Positions 15,278-25,190 of a stretch of 64,000 bases of DNA are shown here, piece by piece; the stretch's first letter is position 1; each line of letters starts with the position of its first letter. The notes under the pieces are model-generated. The model worked only from the letters and a program-made list of their open reading frames with translations, was not told the origin of the DNA and ran no database searches. Origin of the DNA: Thermodesulfobacteriota bacterium (GTDB lineage: Bacteria > Desulfobacterota > BSN033 > UBA1163). The position numbers were made by a program, and so were the translations under genes. The stretch is from contig JBHGBJ010000005.1 of the NCBI GenBank assembly GCA_041947025.1, positions 26,382-90,381 of the forward strand, given 5' to 3'.

Positions 15278-17916
15278 TCTGCCCCCTGGAACTTCGCGAT
15301 ATATTCCATTTCGTCCTGCCGCGTGGTCACCTGTTCATCCAACCTGGCTTGAAGAAGATGGGTCAAAGCCCTTTTGATGGAAGGACCCGGTTTGATCCCC
15401 ATTTGAATCAAATCGGCTCCCTTCAACAGGGGTTTCGTGTCCTTCAATTGCGTGAAATAGAGGGAGATGTAGCGCCGGGTTTCCACCTGGGTTGTCTTGG
15501 CCATCATATAGAGCTTTTCTTCGGTGGAGAGGGGATCAAGAACGGAATAGATTTCCGATCGTTTCGGAAGACGGTCCGCATTGATCCAGGAAAAGATCTG
15601 GAGCAGGACCTGATCCGCCTGACGCTTTCCCTCCGTCACCTTCTTGCGAAGCTTGTCATTGACCACCAATCGCTGACATAATTCCTCGATCTCGGCTTCT
15701 TTCAAGGAGTCGATCAGGCCATAAAAATAGGTCAGCCAGCGGTCATATTCCTCGTCCAAAAAAAGAAGATCGAACCAGGCGATGGCATGATGGATCCTTT
15801 CAAAAAGGAGCATCGCTTCTTCATCAAATCTGATCTGGGGGTGAAGGAAGTGGAAGAGGTTAAAATCTTTCATTCGCCTCAGAGCAGGGACCGGATTCTC
15901 CTCCTCGAGGATCAGGACGAGTTCAGAAAGGACCCTTCCTCCCGAGAGACGATCCATGAAACCCATCTTGACCGCATTCCGCATCAGGCTTTGGGTCGGT
16001 TTTCCAATCTGGAACCCCAGCCTCTGCTCGAAGCGGATCGCCCGAAAGACCCGGGTCGGATCCTCGACAAAGGAGAGGTTGTGAAGAACACGGACCACCT
16101 TGTCTTTGATATCTTTCACTCCGCCGAAAAAATCGATCAGCTCACCAAAGGCCTTCGGATTGAGCTGGATGGCCAGCGTGTTGATCGTAAAATCTCTCCG
16201 ATAGAGATCCATCCGGATCGACCCTCTTTCCACTGTGGGAAGGGCGGCCGGAGAGTCATAAACCTCCAGACGGGCGGTGGCCACATCGATTTTCAAATTG
16301 TCCGGAAAGAGAATGATCGCCGTGCCAAATTTCTTATGCGTTCGGATTCGGCAAGGAAACTTCTTTTCGAACTCTTCGGCCAAGCGAATACCGTCCCCTT
16401 CCACCACAATATCCACATCGAAGTTCTCCACTCTCATCAAGAGGTCCCTGACGAACCCTCCTACGGCATAGACCGAGTAGCCCAGTTCATCCCCTACCCT
16501 GCCAAATTCAACCAGCAGGTTATGAAGACGATCGGGAAATCTTTCTTTCATCAATTTGGAGATGATCTTCTTCCGAGCATAAAGGGGCTGACCTTCGAAG
16601 ACCGAGACCTCCTTGACCGATTTCATCATCTCCTCTTGGAGAACCCTCATCACATCCGCAATCGAAATCGTACCGACCAAGCGATCTTTCTCCATTACAG
16701 GAAGAAGGCTTTGATTCTGTCCGATGATCAGCTCCTGGACCTGAGAGAAAGGGGCTTCCGGGGAGACCGTAGAGAATTCCGTGGTCATATATTCTCTGAC
16801 CAAGGAACCCTTCAGCCCATGATGCACAGCCTTTTCGACCACCTGCTTGGAAATCAAACCCATGACCCTCTCTTCGTGAAGGACCGGAAGAATATTCAGA
16901 TTATATCGCCTCAGCACTTCCCCGGCCTCTTCCAAGGTCCGATCCGGTTCGATCGTCTTGACGGGATAGACCATCACGTCCTTAGCCGCCCTTTTGGGCT
17001 TGACCATCTCTCTGAGCGTCCTCATCAACCGGTCATGGGCCTCGGCCAGGGCCATCCCCTTGACCGTGGCCGATGCCGCAGTGGGATGTCCTCCGCCTCC
17101 AAATTCGCCTGCGATCTCCGCCGCATTGACCTCTTCGAGCCGGCTTCTTCCGATCAGGTAGATCCGGTCCTCCATGCGGACCAGAACGAAGAGGACATCC
17201 AGGTTTTCGATATCCTTTAATTTGTGAACAAGGATGGCAATGTCCCCGATATAATGGTCCAGGGAGGCCTGGGCAATGACGATATCGATGCCGTGAATGT
17301 TATATCGGGTGGCGGATTGGATCAGGTCATTCAACAAGAAGACTTGTTCGGCAGTCAGTTCCTTGGTGATGATATTGGAGAGGATGCTGAGATTGGCGCC
17401 CTTCTGAAGCAGGTACCCAGCCGCTTTGAAATCCTCCTCTCGGGTGGAGGGGAAAGTGAGATTTCCTGTGTCCTCATAAATGCCGACCATCATGACGGTG
17501 GCTTCATCGGGAGTAATCTGGATCTCCCTCTCCCGAAAGGCATTCAGAAGGAGTGTCACCGTTGCCCCGACCTCGGAGATCACCTCTAAAGAACCATGGA
17601 CATCTTCCGGAGACGGAGGGTGATGGTCATAGATGTGAATCTCCACCCCCGGATTGGATGCGATTTCAGCGAACTTCCCGATCCGGCTGATCTGCCGCGT
17701 GTCCACCAAGATCAGCCGTTTCACTTCTCGAAGATCGATATTCTTGATCCGCTCCACCTCGAACGCGTAAAGGGCGGAGTGGATGAAAAAATCCCGGAGG
17801 TTTCGTTCCTGGGAACCCGGAAAGACCAAGACCGCGTCGGGATATAGTTTCTTGGCTGCCAGCATCGAGGCCAGAGAATCGAAATCCGCATTGGTGTGGG
17901 TGGTGATCACTTCCAT
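15274..17916 (-). CDS. DHH/DHHA1 phosphoesterase - CBS pair - poly(A) polymerase/CCA-adding nucleotidyltransferase fusion
   Basis: 880 aa. N-terminus has HTNADFDSLASML plus a GGGHPTAASA (DHHA1) block. The middle has two CBS-like units. The C-terminal part has the GGFVRDLLM...DVDIVVEGD nucleotidyltransferase head. Confidence 0.75.
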   Translation of the reverse strand: MEVITTHTNADFDSLASMLAAKKLYPDAVLVFPGSQERNLRDFFIHSALYAFEVERIKNIDLREVKRLILVDTRQISRIGKFAEIASNPGVEIHIYDHHPPSPEDVHGSLEVISEVGATVTLLLNAFREREIQITPDEATVMMVGIYEDTGNLTFPSTREEDFKAAGYLLQKGANLSILSNIITKELTAEQVFLLNDLIQSATRYNIHGIDIVIAQASLDHYIGDIAILVHKLKDIENLDVLFVLVRMEDRIYLIGRSRLEEVNAAEIAGEFGGGGHPTAASATVKGMALAEAHDRLMRTLREMVKPKRAAKDVMVYPVKTIEPDRTLEEAGEVLRRYNLNILPVLHEERVMGLISKQVVEKAVHHGLKGSLVREYMTTEFSTVSPEAPFSQVQELIIGQNQSLLPVMEKDRLVGTISIADVMRVLQEEMMKSVKEVSVFEGQPLYARKKIISKLMKERFPDRLHNLLVEFGRVGDELGYSVYAVGGFVRDLLMRVENFDVDIVVEGDGIRLAEEFEKKFPCRIRTHKKFGTAIILFPDNLKIDVATARLEVYDSPAALPTVERGSIRMDLYRRDFTINTLAIQLNPKAFGELIDFFGGVKDIKDKVVRVLHNLSFVEDPTRVFRAIRFEQRLGFQIGKPTQSLMRNAVKMGFMDRLSGGRVLSELVLILEEENPVPALRRMKDFNLFHFLHPQIRFDEEAMLLFERIHHAIAWFDLLFLDEEYDRWLTYFYGLIDSLKEAEIEELCQRLVVNDKLRKKVTEGKRQADQVLLQIFSWINADRLPKRSEIYSVLDPLSTEEKLYMMAKTTQVETRRYISLYFTQLKDTKPLLKGADLIQMGIKPGPSIKRALTHLLQARLDEQVTTRQDEMEYIAKFQGAE

Positions 17917-18001
17917 AATAAATCAATTGAGGAACTATGAATGATGAGTTGTGAATTAGGAATTCTAAGTTCTTCACTCATAACTCTCAAACTTGTCCCC
18001 C

Positions 18002-18889
18002 TTAGCCTCTTGGGTGAAACTTCTGGTGAACCTTCTTCAATCGTTCGCCGGTGACATGGGTATAGATCTGAGTGGTCGAGATATCCACATGGCCGAGCAT
18101 CATCTGGACAGAACGGAGATCCGCCCCTCTCTCCAAAAGATGACTCGCGAAGGAATGACGCAGAAGATGGGGAGTAATCCTTTTTCGAATCCCTCCTCTC
18201 CGGCCGTAGGCCTTAATCATCTTCCAGAACTGCTGTCTGCTTAAACCATTTCCCATGCGGTTGACAAAAAGAAAGGGGCTCTCCTTTCTCTTCGCAAGTC
18301 TCCCTCTCGCCCCCCCTAAATAGTGGGTCACCCATTTCATCGCCTCGTTTCCGAGGGGGATGATCCTTTCTTTGGAACCTTTTCCCAAGACGAGAACATA
18401 CCCGGCCTCCAGGTTGACCTGATTGATCGGAAGCCGTGTCAGTTCGGAGACCCTCATTCCTGTCGCATAGAGCACTTCCAGCATGGCCCGATCTCTGATC
18501 CCCATGGGAGTCTTGGGATCAGGCTGTTCCAACAATCGCTCCACTTCCTTCAGGGTCAGGATTTCAGGCAAGGTTTTGGGTATTCTGGGAGATTCCAATT
18601 CCTCAATCGGGTTGGCTTCTAAAATTTCCTCTTGAATGAGAAAGTGAAAGAAGCTTCGAATGGCTGCCAGGTTTCTCACCACGGTCTTGGTCGAAAGTCC
18701 TTGTCTCTTCAAGGCCAGGAGGAATGCCCTGACGTCGAGCTTGCTCACCCTCGAAATCTCCTGGACCCCTTTGGCCTTCAGGTAATCCAAGAAACGATTC
18801 AAACCATGGCTGTAAGCATCAATCGTATTCCTGGAAAGACCTTTCTCAACGACGACGTAGTGGAGAAACTGATCGAGGAGTTGTTCCAT
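18002..18889 (-). CDS. xerD: Tyrosine recombinase XerD/XerC
   Basis: C-terminal HLLRHSFASHLLERGADLRSVQMMLGHVDISTTQIYTHV catalytic box and N-terminal SAM-like domain (LSRNTIDAYSHGLNRF). Confidence 0.8.
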   Translation of the reverse strand: MEQLLDQFLHYVVVEKGLSRNTIDAYSHGLNRFLDYLKAKGVQEISRVSKLDVRAFLLALKRQGLSTKTVVRNLAAIRSFFHFLIQEEILEANPIEELESPRIPKTLPEILTLKEVERLLEQPDPKTPMGIRDRAMLEVLYATGMRVSELTRLPINQVNLEAGYVLVLGKGSKERIIPLGNEAMKWVTHYLGGARGRLAKRKESPFLFVNRMGNGLSRQQFWKMIKAYGRRGGIRKRITPHLLRHSFASHLLERGADLRSVQMMLGHVDISTTQIYTHVTGERLKKVHQKFHPRG

Positions 18890-19033
18890 GGGTTGAACCC
18901 AGAAAAGATCTAAAAAGGATCAATGCAAAATGGAAAATTAGCATTGCAAAATTAACAGCGAGCTCCATCTTGAATCTTCTTCACAATGCGAAATGACCAT
19001 CGCGAATTGAGCCATTTGCATTGATGATTTGCC

Positions 19034-19483
19034 CTAACGGCCCGTGTGGCCAAATCCCCCCTCTTGTCTTCCGGTCGCAGGAAGTTCATCAACTTCTTCA
19101 AACTGGGAGCGAAAAACTCTGGAGATGACCATCTGGGCGATTCGGTCACCGTGACGGATGGCAAAAGACGATTTGCCGAAATTGATCAGAAGAACAGAGA
19201 TTTCCCCCCGATAATCGGCATCAATCGTCCCCGGACCATTGACCACACCGATTCCATGTTGAATCGCCAAACCGCTTCGGGCGCGGATCTGGCCCTCGAA
19301 TCCTTCAGGGATCGCTACGGCAATTCCGGTGGGAATCAGTTTCCTTTCTCCCGGCTCCAAAGTGATCTCTTTTTCAAGGCAGGCGAAGAGATCCATTCCG
19401 GAAGAACCATGGGTCATGTATTGCGGCAGGGGAAGGGGTCGATCTTTCTTCAAACGTCTAATAGGAATCTTCACTTCCTTCAT
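19034..19483 (-). CDS. dut: dUTP diphosphatase
   Basis: Motifs GSSGMDL, RSGLA, GTIDADYRGE and the C-terminal GGFGHTG. Confidence 0.9.
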   Translation of the reverse strand: MKEVKIPIRRLKKDRPLPLPQYMTHGSSGMDLFACLEKEITLEPGERKLIPTGIAVAIPEGFEGQIRARSGLAIQHGIGVVNGPGTIDADYRGEISVLLINFGKSSFAIRHGDRIAQMVISRVFRSQFEEVDELPATGRQEGGFGHTGR

Positions 19484-19544
19484 CGATCTGTTTCGAAGCC
19501 CGCCCCCTTTAGAATAAATGGGCCCCTGAAATTTGTAACAGGGT

Positions 19545-20858
19545 TTACGTCAACAGGTTCTTTTTAGCACCCTCTCCGTCAACCGGGCCTAAGACCGTCA
19601 GACAAAAGAATCGCTCATCAAAGATGTCCTTCGCTAAATCACGAACCGTTCTTTCCTCCACCTCATCAATCCCTTTGATGACCTGCTCCACGGGCAAGTA
19701 GGATTCAAAATAGATTTCGTTCTTGGCCAATCGCGCCATCAGATTATCAGAACTTTCGAGGCTGAGCAGAAGATTCCCCTTCAATTGCTCTTTGGCAATC
19801 TCCAGTTCCCCATTCTGAAGGGGTTCTGTCTTAAGGTGGTTGAACTCCTTGAGGATCAGTTCGATCGCTTCTTGAAAGGAGCTTTCATTCGTCCCTGCAT
19901 AGACCACGACCAAGCCGGTATCGATGTAAGCGGGAAGATAGGAGTAGACGGAGTAGGCCAAGCCGCGATTCTCCCGGATTTCCTGGAAAAGCCTCGAACT
20001 CATTCCGCCCCCCAAGATGGTATTGAGGACATACGAGGCGAACCGCAGCGAGTGGTTGTACTGGAGCCCTTTCGTCCCGAGGCAGAAGTGGACCTGCTCT
20101 AAGTCCCGTTTCAGGATGTTGGTCGTTGAGATCGCATCCGGTCTGACCCTTTCCTTGATCTGGTCCGACTTTGGAATCTGACCAAAGACGGCACCGATCG
20201 AATCGACCACCTCCTGATGATGGAGATTCCCTGCGGCACAAATGATGATCCGGTTGGGCAGATAGTTTTCCTTAAAGAACTGATAGATCCGGTCCCGCTT
20301 CAAGGATCGGACCAGATCAGAGGTTCCGAAGATTGGAAAACCCAACGGATGATTTCCCCAACAGGCCCGGTTAAAAAGATCATGGACGTAATCGTCAGGG
20401 GTGTCCTCCACCATCTTGATCTCCTGAAGGATGACCATTCTCTCCTTCTCCACATCTTGATCATCGATGAGAGAATGGAGGAAAATATCCGAAAGCAGAT
20501 CGATGGCCAGGGGGAGATTCTTGTCGATCACCTTGGCATAAAAACAGGTGTATTCCCTTCCGGTAAAGGCATTGAGCGTTCCGCCAACCGAGTCGATCTC
20601 TTTGGCGATGTCGAAGGCAGTTCTTCTCTCCGTCCCTTTGAAAAGAAGGTGCTCAATAAAATGGGAGATCCCATTTTCTTCAGGAGGTTCATCCCTCGAC
20701 CCCGTATTCACCCATATTCCGATGGAGGCAGATTTGAGATAGGGAATCTCTTCCGTGATCACTTTAATCCCGTTATCGAGAACGGTCTTCTGATAGCCTC
20801 TCCCCGAAGTGATCCAGGAAGGATCCAAAGATTCATGATTTTTTCGAATGGTCGTCAC
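19545..20858 (-). CDS. M16-family zinc peptidase (pitrilysin-like)
   Basis: HxxEH zinc motif (GISHFIEHLLFKGT). 437 aa two-domain layout. Confidence 0.85.
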   Translation of the reverse strand: MTTIRKNHESLDPSWITSGRGYQKTVLDNGIKVITEEIPYLKSASIGIWVNTGSRDEPPEENGISHFIEHLLFKGTERRTAFDIAKEIDSVGGTLNAFTGREYTCFYAKVIDKNLPLAIDLLSDIFLHSLIDDQDVEKERMVILQEIKMVEDTPDDYVHDLFNRACWGNHPLGFPIFGTSDLVRSLKRDRIYQFFKENYLPNRIIICAAGNLHHQEVVDSIGAVFGQIPKSDQIKERVRPDAISTTNILKRDLEQVHFCLGTKGLQYNHSLRFASYVLNTILGGGMSSRLFQEIRENRGLAYSVYSYLPAYIDTGLVVVYAGTNESSFQEAIELILKEFNHLKTEPLQNGELEIAKEQLKGNLLLSLESSDNLMARLAKNEIYFESYLPVEQVIKGIDEVEERTVRDLAKDIFDERFFCLTVLGPVDGEGAKKNLLT

Positions 20859-21019
20859 CTTCCTCTTGCCCCTTGTTCTCTCCGTCCCTTATAGATATGT
20901 CCAGAATGGTCACAAAATGTTGGCTCCGTTGCAAAGCGCCAATCCCCAAGCACCAGATCCCAAACAATACCCAAATTCCAATTTCGAATAAACCAAACCC
21001 GCTTGTCTTCTATCCCGGG

Positions 21020-23125
21020 CTAAGCCTTCCCTTCTGCTGAAGGTTTAATCTCTCTTAACGCCGCTTTCCGACTCAGGCGAATACGACCTTGCGGATCGAT
21101 ATCAAGAACTTTCACCCAAACGTCATCCCCTTCCTTCAGTACATCCGAGACCTCTTTGATCCGGTTCTCGGCTATTTGGGAGATATGGATGAGACCATCC
21201 GTTCCCGGGAAGAGTTCAACAATGGCGCCGAAGCCCAGAATGCGTTTTACTTTTCCATTGTACAATCCGCCGATTTCCACTTCCTGGGTCAGCCTTTTGA
21301 TCATATAAATCGCTTTCTCAATCGCCTCATAATTCGGAGACGCCAACTTCACAATTCCCGAGTCTTCCACATCGACCTTGACCCCTGTCTGTTCGACAAT
21401 GCCCCGGATATTCTTGCCCCCCGGACCGATGATATCCCGGATCTTCTCCTGCTTGACCTGGAGGCTGACAATCCTCGGAGCATGCCGAGAAAGGTCTTTC
21501 CGGGGTTCGGCAATCGTTTCTTTCATCCTCTCCAGAATATGGATTCGACCCTCCCGGGCCTGATCAAGAACGCTTCTCATGACCTCTTTGGAGATACCCC
21601 GGATCTTAATGTCCATCTGGATGGCTGTCACCCCTTCGGCGGTCCCTGCCACTTTGAAGTCCATATCTCCAAAATGGTCCTCATCACCGAGGATGTCTGA
21701 AAGAACGGCCGATTTTTCGTCTTCCAGGATCAAACCCATTGCAATTCCGGCCACAGGAGCCTTGATCGGAACACCGGCATCCATTAGTGAGAGGCTTGCT
21801 CCACACACCGTTGCCATCGACGAGGATCCGTTCGATTCCAGCACCTCTGAAACAATCCGTATGGTGTAAGGGAACTTCTCGTTCGAAGGAAGGACGGGTA
21901 GAATCGCCCTTTCCGCAAGGGCTCCATGTCCGATCTCCCGACGGCTGGGTGCTCTCAAAGGTGAAACCTCTCCCACGGAGAAAGGAGGAAAATTGTAATG
22001 GAGCATGAAAGACTTGTAGGTCTCGCCCGTCAGGGAGTTGATCTTCTGCTCATCCTCAGATGTTCCAAAGGTGACGACTGCAAGAACCTGGGTCTCCCCC
22101 CGCGTAAAGAGGGCAGAACCATGGGTCCGTGGAAGGATTCCCACTTCGCAGGAAATGGGACGAATCTCCGTAAGGCTTCTTCCGTCGATTCTCTTCTTTT
22201 CCTCCAGGATCAGCCGCCTGACCAGTTTTCGATTAAACTCATCGAGGGCAGCCTTCACGATTCTCTGAGAGCTTTCATCCTCTGCCCCGCACTCCTGAAA
22301 CGTCCGCTGGAGGGTCTCCTCTAAGTACTCTCTCCTTCTTGTCTTCTCTTTGATATAAAAAGCCTCTTTCAGCCTCTCTCGGGTAAGGGACTCCACTTTT
22401 TCATAGAGGGTCTCCTCAATCTTCTGAACTTCAAATGGCTTGGGAGTTACTCCCACCTTCAATTTGAGTTGATTCTGGAGATCGATCACGGGCTTGAGGG
22501 ATTGATGGCCGAATAAGATCGCCTCGAGAATCTCTGTTTCCCTCACCTCCTTGGCACTTCCCTCCACCATGATGATCGCATCTTCACTCCCTGCGACAAA
22601 GAGATCGATATCGCTCATCTCTAATTCGTCGTGAGTGGGGTTGAGCACAAACTCCCCGTCAATTCGGCCGACCTTGACTCCTGCAATCGGCCCATCGAAC
22701 GGAATATTCGATAGGGAGAGCGCGGCTGAAGCGCCGATCATTCCCAGGATGGAGGGATCATTATCCTGATCCGCTGAGAGGACGGTTGCAATAATCTGGA
22801 TCTCATTCTGGAAGCCCTTCGGGAAAAGGGGCCGGAGGGGCCGGTCAATAAACCGCGAGATCAGGGTCTCATGATCACTGGGTCTCCCTTCCCTCTTCAG
22901 GAAACCTCCCGGGATCCTCCCCGCCGCATAGGTCATCTCTTGATAGTTCACGGTCAGGGGAATAAAATCGAGTCCCTCACGCTTCTTGTCCGCTGTCACG
23001 GCGGTGACGAGAACGACCGTCTCCCCGTATCGGACCAAGACAGAACCGTTCGCCTGCTTTGCCACCCTCCCTGACTCAATGGAGAATGGCCTTCCGCCAA
23101 AATCAACTTGTTCGTTTTGAATCAT
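21020..23125 (-). CDS. pnp: Polyribonucleotide nucleotidyltransferase
   Basis: 701 aa with two RNase PH-like halves, KH and S1 tail ([28 protein letters not shown]). Confidence 0.95.
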   Translation of the reverse strand: MIQNEQVDFGGRPFSIESGRVAKQANGSVLVRYGETVVLVTAVTADKKREGLDFIPLTVNYQEMTYAAGRIPGGFLKREGRPSDHETLISRFIDRPLRPLFPKGFQNEIQIIATVLSADQDNDPSILGMIGASAALSLSNIPFDGPIAGVKVGRIDGEFVLNPTHDELEMSDIDLFVAGSEDAIIMVEGSAKEVRETEILEAILFGHQSLKPVIDLQNQLKLKVGVTPKPFEVQKIEETLYEKVESLTRERLKEAFYIKEKTRRREYLEETLQRTFQECGAEDESSQRIVKAALDEFNRKLVRRLILEEKKRIDGRSLTEIRPISCEVGILPRTHGSALFTRGETQVLAVVTFGTSEDEQKINSLTGETYKSFMLHYNFPPFSVGEVSPLRAPSRREIGHGALAERAILPVLPSNEKFPYTIRIVSEVLESNGSSSMATVCGASLSLMDAGVPIKAPVAGIAMGLILEDEKSAVLSDILGDEDHFGDMDFKVAGTAEGVTAIQMDIKIRGISKEVMRSVLDQAREGRIHILERMKETIAEPRKDLSRHAPRIVSLQVKQEKIRDIIGPGGKNIRGIVEQTGVKVDVEDSGIVKLASPNYEAIEKAIYMIKRLTQEVEIGGLYNGKVKRILGFGAIVELFPGTDGLIHISQIAENRIKEVSDVLKEGDDVWVKVLDIDPQGRIRLSRKAALREIKPSAEGKA

Positions 23126-23185
23126 ATAGTTCTACACACTCCTTTTATTTTAACTCATCTTCTCGGAAAAGAGAACCGACCGGTG

Positions 23186-23455
23186 CTATCTCCGGAGGCT
23201 CAGCCTATCGAGGATCACACGGTAGCGATCCACTTCTTTTGCCTTCAGGTAGTTGAGGAGCCTCCTTCGCTGTCCCACCAGCTTGAGCAGCCCTCTCCGA
23301 GAATGATGGTCTCGTTTGTGAGCTTTAAAATGTTCTGTGAGATACCGGATCCGTTCGCTGAGGAGAGCAATCTGAACCTCCGGCGAACCGGTGTCTTTCT
23401 CATGGGTCTTAAACTGCTCAATAATCTCTTTCTTCTTCTCCTGAACCATTGCCAT
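23186..23455 (-). CDS. rpsO: 30S ribosomal protein S15
   Basis: 89 aa. [45 protein letters not shown]. Confidence 0.95.
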   Translation of the reverse strand: MAMVQEKKKEIIEQFKTHEKDTGSPEVQIALLSERIRYLTEHFKAHKRDHHSRRGLLKLVGQRRRLLNYLKAKEVDRYRVILDRLSLRR

Positions 23456-23485
23456 GAAACTCCTCCTTTATGCTAACGTTGATCT

Positions 23486-24451
23486 TCAATGTATCGCTGT
23501 CTTTAATGGGTGAAACACCCTTACCGGCTGAAACGCAACCAGGTCCGGGTCCGTTCCATCGATTTCCGAGTTCTCAACCTCCGATCTCAAAATGGCAACC
23601 AACCCCTCTTCCGGAGATGTCAATTTCAGCCATTGCCCTTTTTCAAAAAACGGGAGGGGATGAGGGGAGAGGTCTCTCACGACCATCTTCTTGCCAAAAC
23701 GGAGCTTTTTCACTACATGTTCGTCTCCGATCAACTCGGGCAAACGAGGCAAGGCCTCCCTCAAGGAAATCAGCCAGGGGACAAGGTCTTCAGCCTTCCA
23801 AAGGTCCACCAGCCCCTTCCAGGAAATCGCCCTCTGGAGAGAGAAGGGGCCGCTTCGAACTCTTCTGAGGGAGAGGAGGTGTGCCCCACACCCGAGCTTC
23901 CTCCCGATATCCTTCGCCAAGGCCCGAATGTAAGTTCCCTTGGAGCAAGCAACGTTGAAGCGCACCCGCGGAAGGTCCATCCCTTCAACCCGGATATTGA
24001 AGATCGTTATTTCCCTTGCCCCCCGCTCAATCTCAATCCCCTTTCTTGCCAATCGATAAAGAGGCCTCCCGTTCACTTTCAGGGCTGAAAACATCGGAGG
24101 AACTTGCCGGATCTTTCCTGAGAACTCCTGAAAAACATGATCCACCATCTCAGGGGTAACGTGCTCCCAAGGCCCCCGGTAGCCGATCTCCCCGGTCAAA
24201 TCATCCGTGGTCGTCTCCTCCCCGAGTTTCATCACCCCCTCGTATTCTTTCGGTTCCTCTTCGAGAAATGGAATCAATTTTGTTCCCTCATTGATCGCAA
24301 CGGGCAGAACTCCTGTGGCAAAAGGATCGAGCGTTCCAATATGACCTGCCTTCCCGACATGAAACCGGCGCTTGATCTCCTTGACCACCTCCAGAGAGGT
24401 CATTCCATCCGGTTTGTCCACGACCAGCAGGCCGTCAATCTTCGCTTTCAT
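23486..24451 (-). CDS. truB: tRNA pseudouridine(55) synthase
   Basis: LVVDKPDGMTSLEVV...KAGHIGTLDPFATGVLPV motif with the catalytic Asp. Confidence 0.9.
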   Translation of the reverse strand: MKAKIDGLLVVDKPDGMTSLEVVKEIKRRFHVGKAGHIGTLDPFATGVLPVAINEGTKLIPFLEEEPKEYEGVMKLGEETTTDDLTGEIGYRGPWEHVTPEMVDHVFQEFSGKIRQVPPMFSALKVNGRPLYRLARKGIEIERGAREITIFNIRVEGMDLPRVRFNVACSKGTYIRALAKDIGRKLGCGAHLLSLRRVRSGPFSLQRAISWKGLVDLWKAEDLVPWLISLREALPRLPELIGDEHVVKKLRFGKKMVVRDLSPHPLPFFEKGQWLKLTSPEEGLVAILRSEVENSEIDGTDPDLVAFQPVRVFHPLKTAIH

Positions 24452-24803
24452 CCGCTCTCTCTTTTTCCCGCACGTGACGGATCACCTCATCCATGTGAAT
24501 CGCATACTCGATCGAGGGATCGAACTTGAAGACGATTTCGGGAGTATATCTCAACCGCACCCGCCGGCCCAACTCCTTGCGGATGTATCCCTTGGCACTA
24601 TTCAAGCCCTTCGCAGACCGATCTCTCTCTTCAGCGGTCCCTGCCACGCTGAAATAAACCTTGGCCAAGCGGCAATCTTCGGAAACCGTCACCCTCGTAA
24701 TGGTGACGAACCCGATCCGGGGATCCTTGACTGTCTTCACGAGCATCTCTGAGATCTCCTGCCGGACTAAATCGGCGACCTTATCCGAACGTTTGCCTTC
24801 CAT
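24435..24803 (-). CDS. rbfA: Ribosome-binding factor A
   Basis: Start moved to ATG 24803 (MEGKRSDKVADLVRQEISEML...), which avoids overlap with the upstream DUF503 gene. Typical RbfA KH-like core. Confidence 0.85.
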   Translation of the reverse strand: MEGKRSDKVADLVRQEISEMLVKTVKDPRIGFVTITRVTVSEDCRLAKVYFSVAGTAEERDRSAKGLNSAKGYIRKELGRRVRLRYTPEIVFKFDPSIEYAIHMDEVIRHVREKERADESED

Positions 24804-24807
24804 CTTT

Positions 24808-25095
24808 TTATACCGTGAGGATCTCGATTTCTGTGTGAACCATCTCAACCAGATTCATCTTCTCAACGAAATCGATCACCTTATCCAAACTCGAGTTGAT
24901 ATGCCTGCGATCATTGCCGACCGTGCAGATCCCAATCTGGGCCCTTTGCCAGAGATCATTATCACCCACTTCAGAAATGGCCACGTTGAATCGCGATTTC
25001 ACCCGATCAATCACTTTTCGAAGGACATGGCGTTTTTCCTTTAAGGAATGATTCTCAGGAATCCGAAGATCCAATTGACAAATCCCGACCACCAT
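24808..25095 (-). CDS. DUF503-family small protein
   Basis: 95 aa (LDLRIPENHSLKEKRHVLRKVIDRVKSRFNVAISEV). It sits in the position between infB and rbfA where I recall this family in several phyla. Confidence 0.7.
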   Translation of the reverse strand: MVVGICQLDLRIPENHSLKEKRHVLRKVIDRVKSRFNVAISEVGDNDLWQRAQIGICTVGNDRRHINSSLDKVIDFVEKMNLVEMVHTEIEILTV

Positions 25096-25190
25096 ATTTT
25101 CACCCAGAACAACGGACCCTAAACGATGTGCGATGAACCATAAACGAATAGACCGTCCATTGTATATTGTTCATCGTTCATTGTACCGCG

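Noticed and set aside
15787-17220. 477-aa plus-strand ORF
   Set aside because: It lies entirely antisense to the well-supported DHH-CBS-nucleotidyltransferase gene. Its composition is odd (H/R/D-rich), it has no motifs, and no start signal.
18002-18889. xerD as the missing integrase of the tRNA-Pro island
   Set aside because: It lies 35 kb away in a housekeeping context (dut, scpA). It has the standard XerC/D length and motifs and is not adjacent to either att repeat.
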